The notes beneath the pieces were generated by a model, which made no database searches, had not been told where the DNA came from, and saw nothing but the letters and a program-made list of their open reading frames with translations. Shown in pieces: positions 62,615 through 64,000 of a DNA stretch of 64,000 nt (within the stretch, counting starts at the first letter, position 1; each line of letters opens with the position of its first letter). Both the position numbers and the translations under genes were made by a program. Origin of the DNA: Octopus sinensis (taxonomy: Eukaryota); the NCBI RefSeq assembly GCF_006345805.1, contig NC_043016.1:25482001-25546000 (forward strand). Direction: 5' to 3'.

Positions 62615-62810
62615 ATAGGGAGAATTAAAAAAAACAAAAGACGAAGACAGGTGGTGTAGATAACAAACAGATGTATTAGTTTAATGCTCAGGAAGTGAAA
62701 AAGTCTTTAATGTTTCGAATCTACGCTCTTGCACAGAAAGGAACAAAGAAAGAAACAAAGAGAGAAAATAAAGAATGTTTAGTGGCTAGCGATCTATCAT
62801 GGTGAATGCT
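62615..62810 (-). mobile_element. Family B repeat with degenerate hammerhead-like motif at 62705-62740
   Basis: Minus strand: cttt-ctgtgca-a-gagc-gtag-attc-gaaa-catt-aaag. Confidence 0.7.
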
Positions 62811-63339
62811 GGACAGAGGGGTCACACAGGAGAGCTAGGAAACATTCATACACATGTGTGTGTGTGTGTGTATATATATATATGCATATGTGTGTTTATC
62901 TTTCTGAATATATGTAGATAAATACCCTAACCCTAACCCCACCATACCCTCCAAGAGGCACCCAGCTGTAGAAACTAAGCCAAATCAAGCTGGAACCTCG
63001 TACTGCTCTCCAGCTTGCCACCTCTGATGAAACCATCTAACCCATGACAGCATGGAAAACATATGTTAAATGATGATGATGATGATGATGATGATATGTG
63101 TGTATATGTATGTATGTATGTGTCAAGTACAACTGTGTTTATTTGCATTACTACTTATATATATGTATATATACACACACAGACATATGTATATGTATAT
63201 GTATATTCATACATATACATATATATATATATGTATACACACAAACACACACACACACATATTGATGCAAACTTAGGGCTTAATTTTTTCCTAGAAATAT
63301 GTCTAATATGCCAATCAAATCGTGACAACAGCAGCAATA

Positions 63340-63360
63340 GCAACAACAACAACAACAGCA

Positions 63361-63424
<64 letters not shown>

Positions 63425-63713
63425 TGGGAAAATTTAATGACATTGAGAGAATGGTAGTCAACCAATATTGACGACTTCTGGTCTTAATCAACATAACAGA
63501 ATTAATCTTTATGGAAATTATTTGACATTAGCCATTCTATATGATACATTCCAAACTAATAATTAAAAAAATGTTTTTTTTTTTTATTTATAAAAAAAAT
63601 GAAGGGGCAATCTTATGTTCATGTTACTGCTACTACAACAGCCGTTGTTATTTATGATGATGATAATGATGATGGTGATGGTGGTGACGATAATGATGGT
63701 AATAATGATTATA

Positions 63714-63753
<40 letters not shown>

Positions 63754-64000
63754 CAAAGAAAATGATGATGATGTTAGTGGTGATGTTGATGATGCTGACA
63801 ACAAGAATTATGATGACACTTAGGATATTAATGATAATGGTGATGATGAAATCGATGATGATGGTGATGAGGATGGTGACAACAAGAAAGAAATCAATGA
63901 TTCTGAAAAATAATAATGATGACAATGGCAGCAGTAATGATGATGACGCCAACAATGATGTTGGTAGTATTGATGATGATGATGATGAAAAATATTTCAC
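63340..64000. repeat. (CAA)n/(AAT)n and (GAT)n low-complexity tracts
   Basis: Direct inspection. Confidence 0.9.

Noticed and set aside
62926-62938. Interstitial telomeric repeat (CCCTAA)
   Set aside because: Only about two units, which is expected by chance or from a repeat edge.

Overview
This is AT-rich eukaryotic non-coding DNA, saturated with microsatellites and decayed transposable elements. The repeat repertoire (tRNA/CORE-type SINEs, (TA)n, (CATA)n and (AAT)n arrays) looks like an octopus (coleoid cephalopod) genome; this is an inference, not verified. I find no intact protein-coding gene. Nearly all long ORFs in the track are translations of simple repeats. Recognisable coding remnants are all transposable elements: L1/Tx1-like RT, R4/Dong-like and HERO-like RLE retrotransposons, RTE 3' ends, a Penelope-like endonuclease C-terminus, mariner and other Tc1/mariner transposases, and a hAT transposase. 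There is also a young non-autonomous Helitron and several piggyBac- and mariner-type MITEs. The most interesting signal is a set of short repeats, mostly embedded in (TA)n, that carry minimal hammerhead-ribozyme-like folds. Two related families show compensatory helix-I changes and non-canonical cores, and one hammerhead core is fused to a tRNA-derived SINE head. Other highlights are stacks of retrotransposon 3' ends in (AAT)n and (CATA)n microsatellites, several unusually perfect inverted repeats, and a candidate 24-nt microexon that may mark a + strand host gene. Most element boundaries were read by eye and are approximate (about +/-20 bp) unless a TSD or TIR is quoted.
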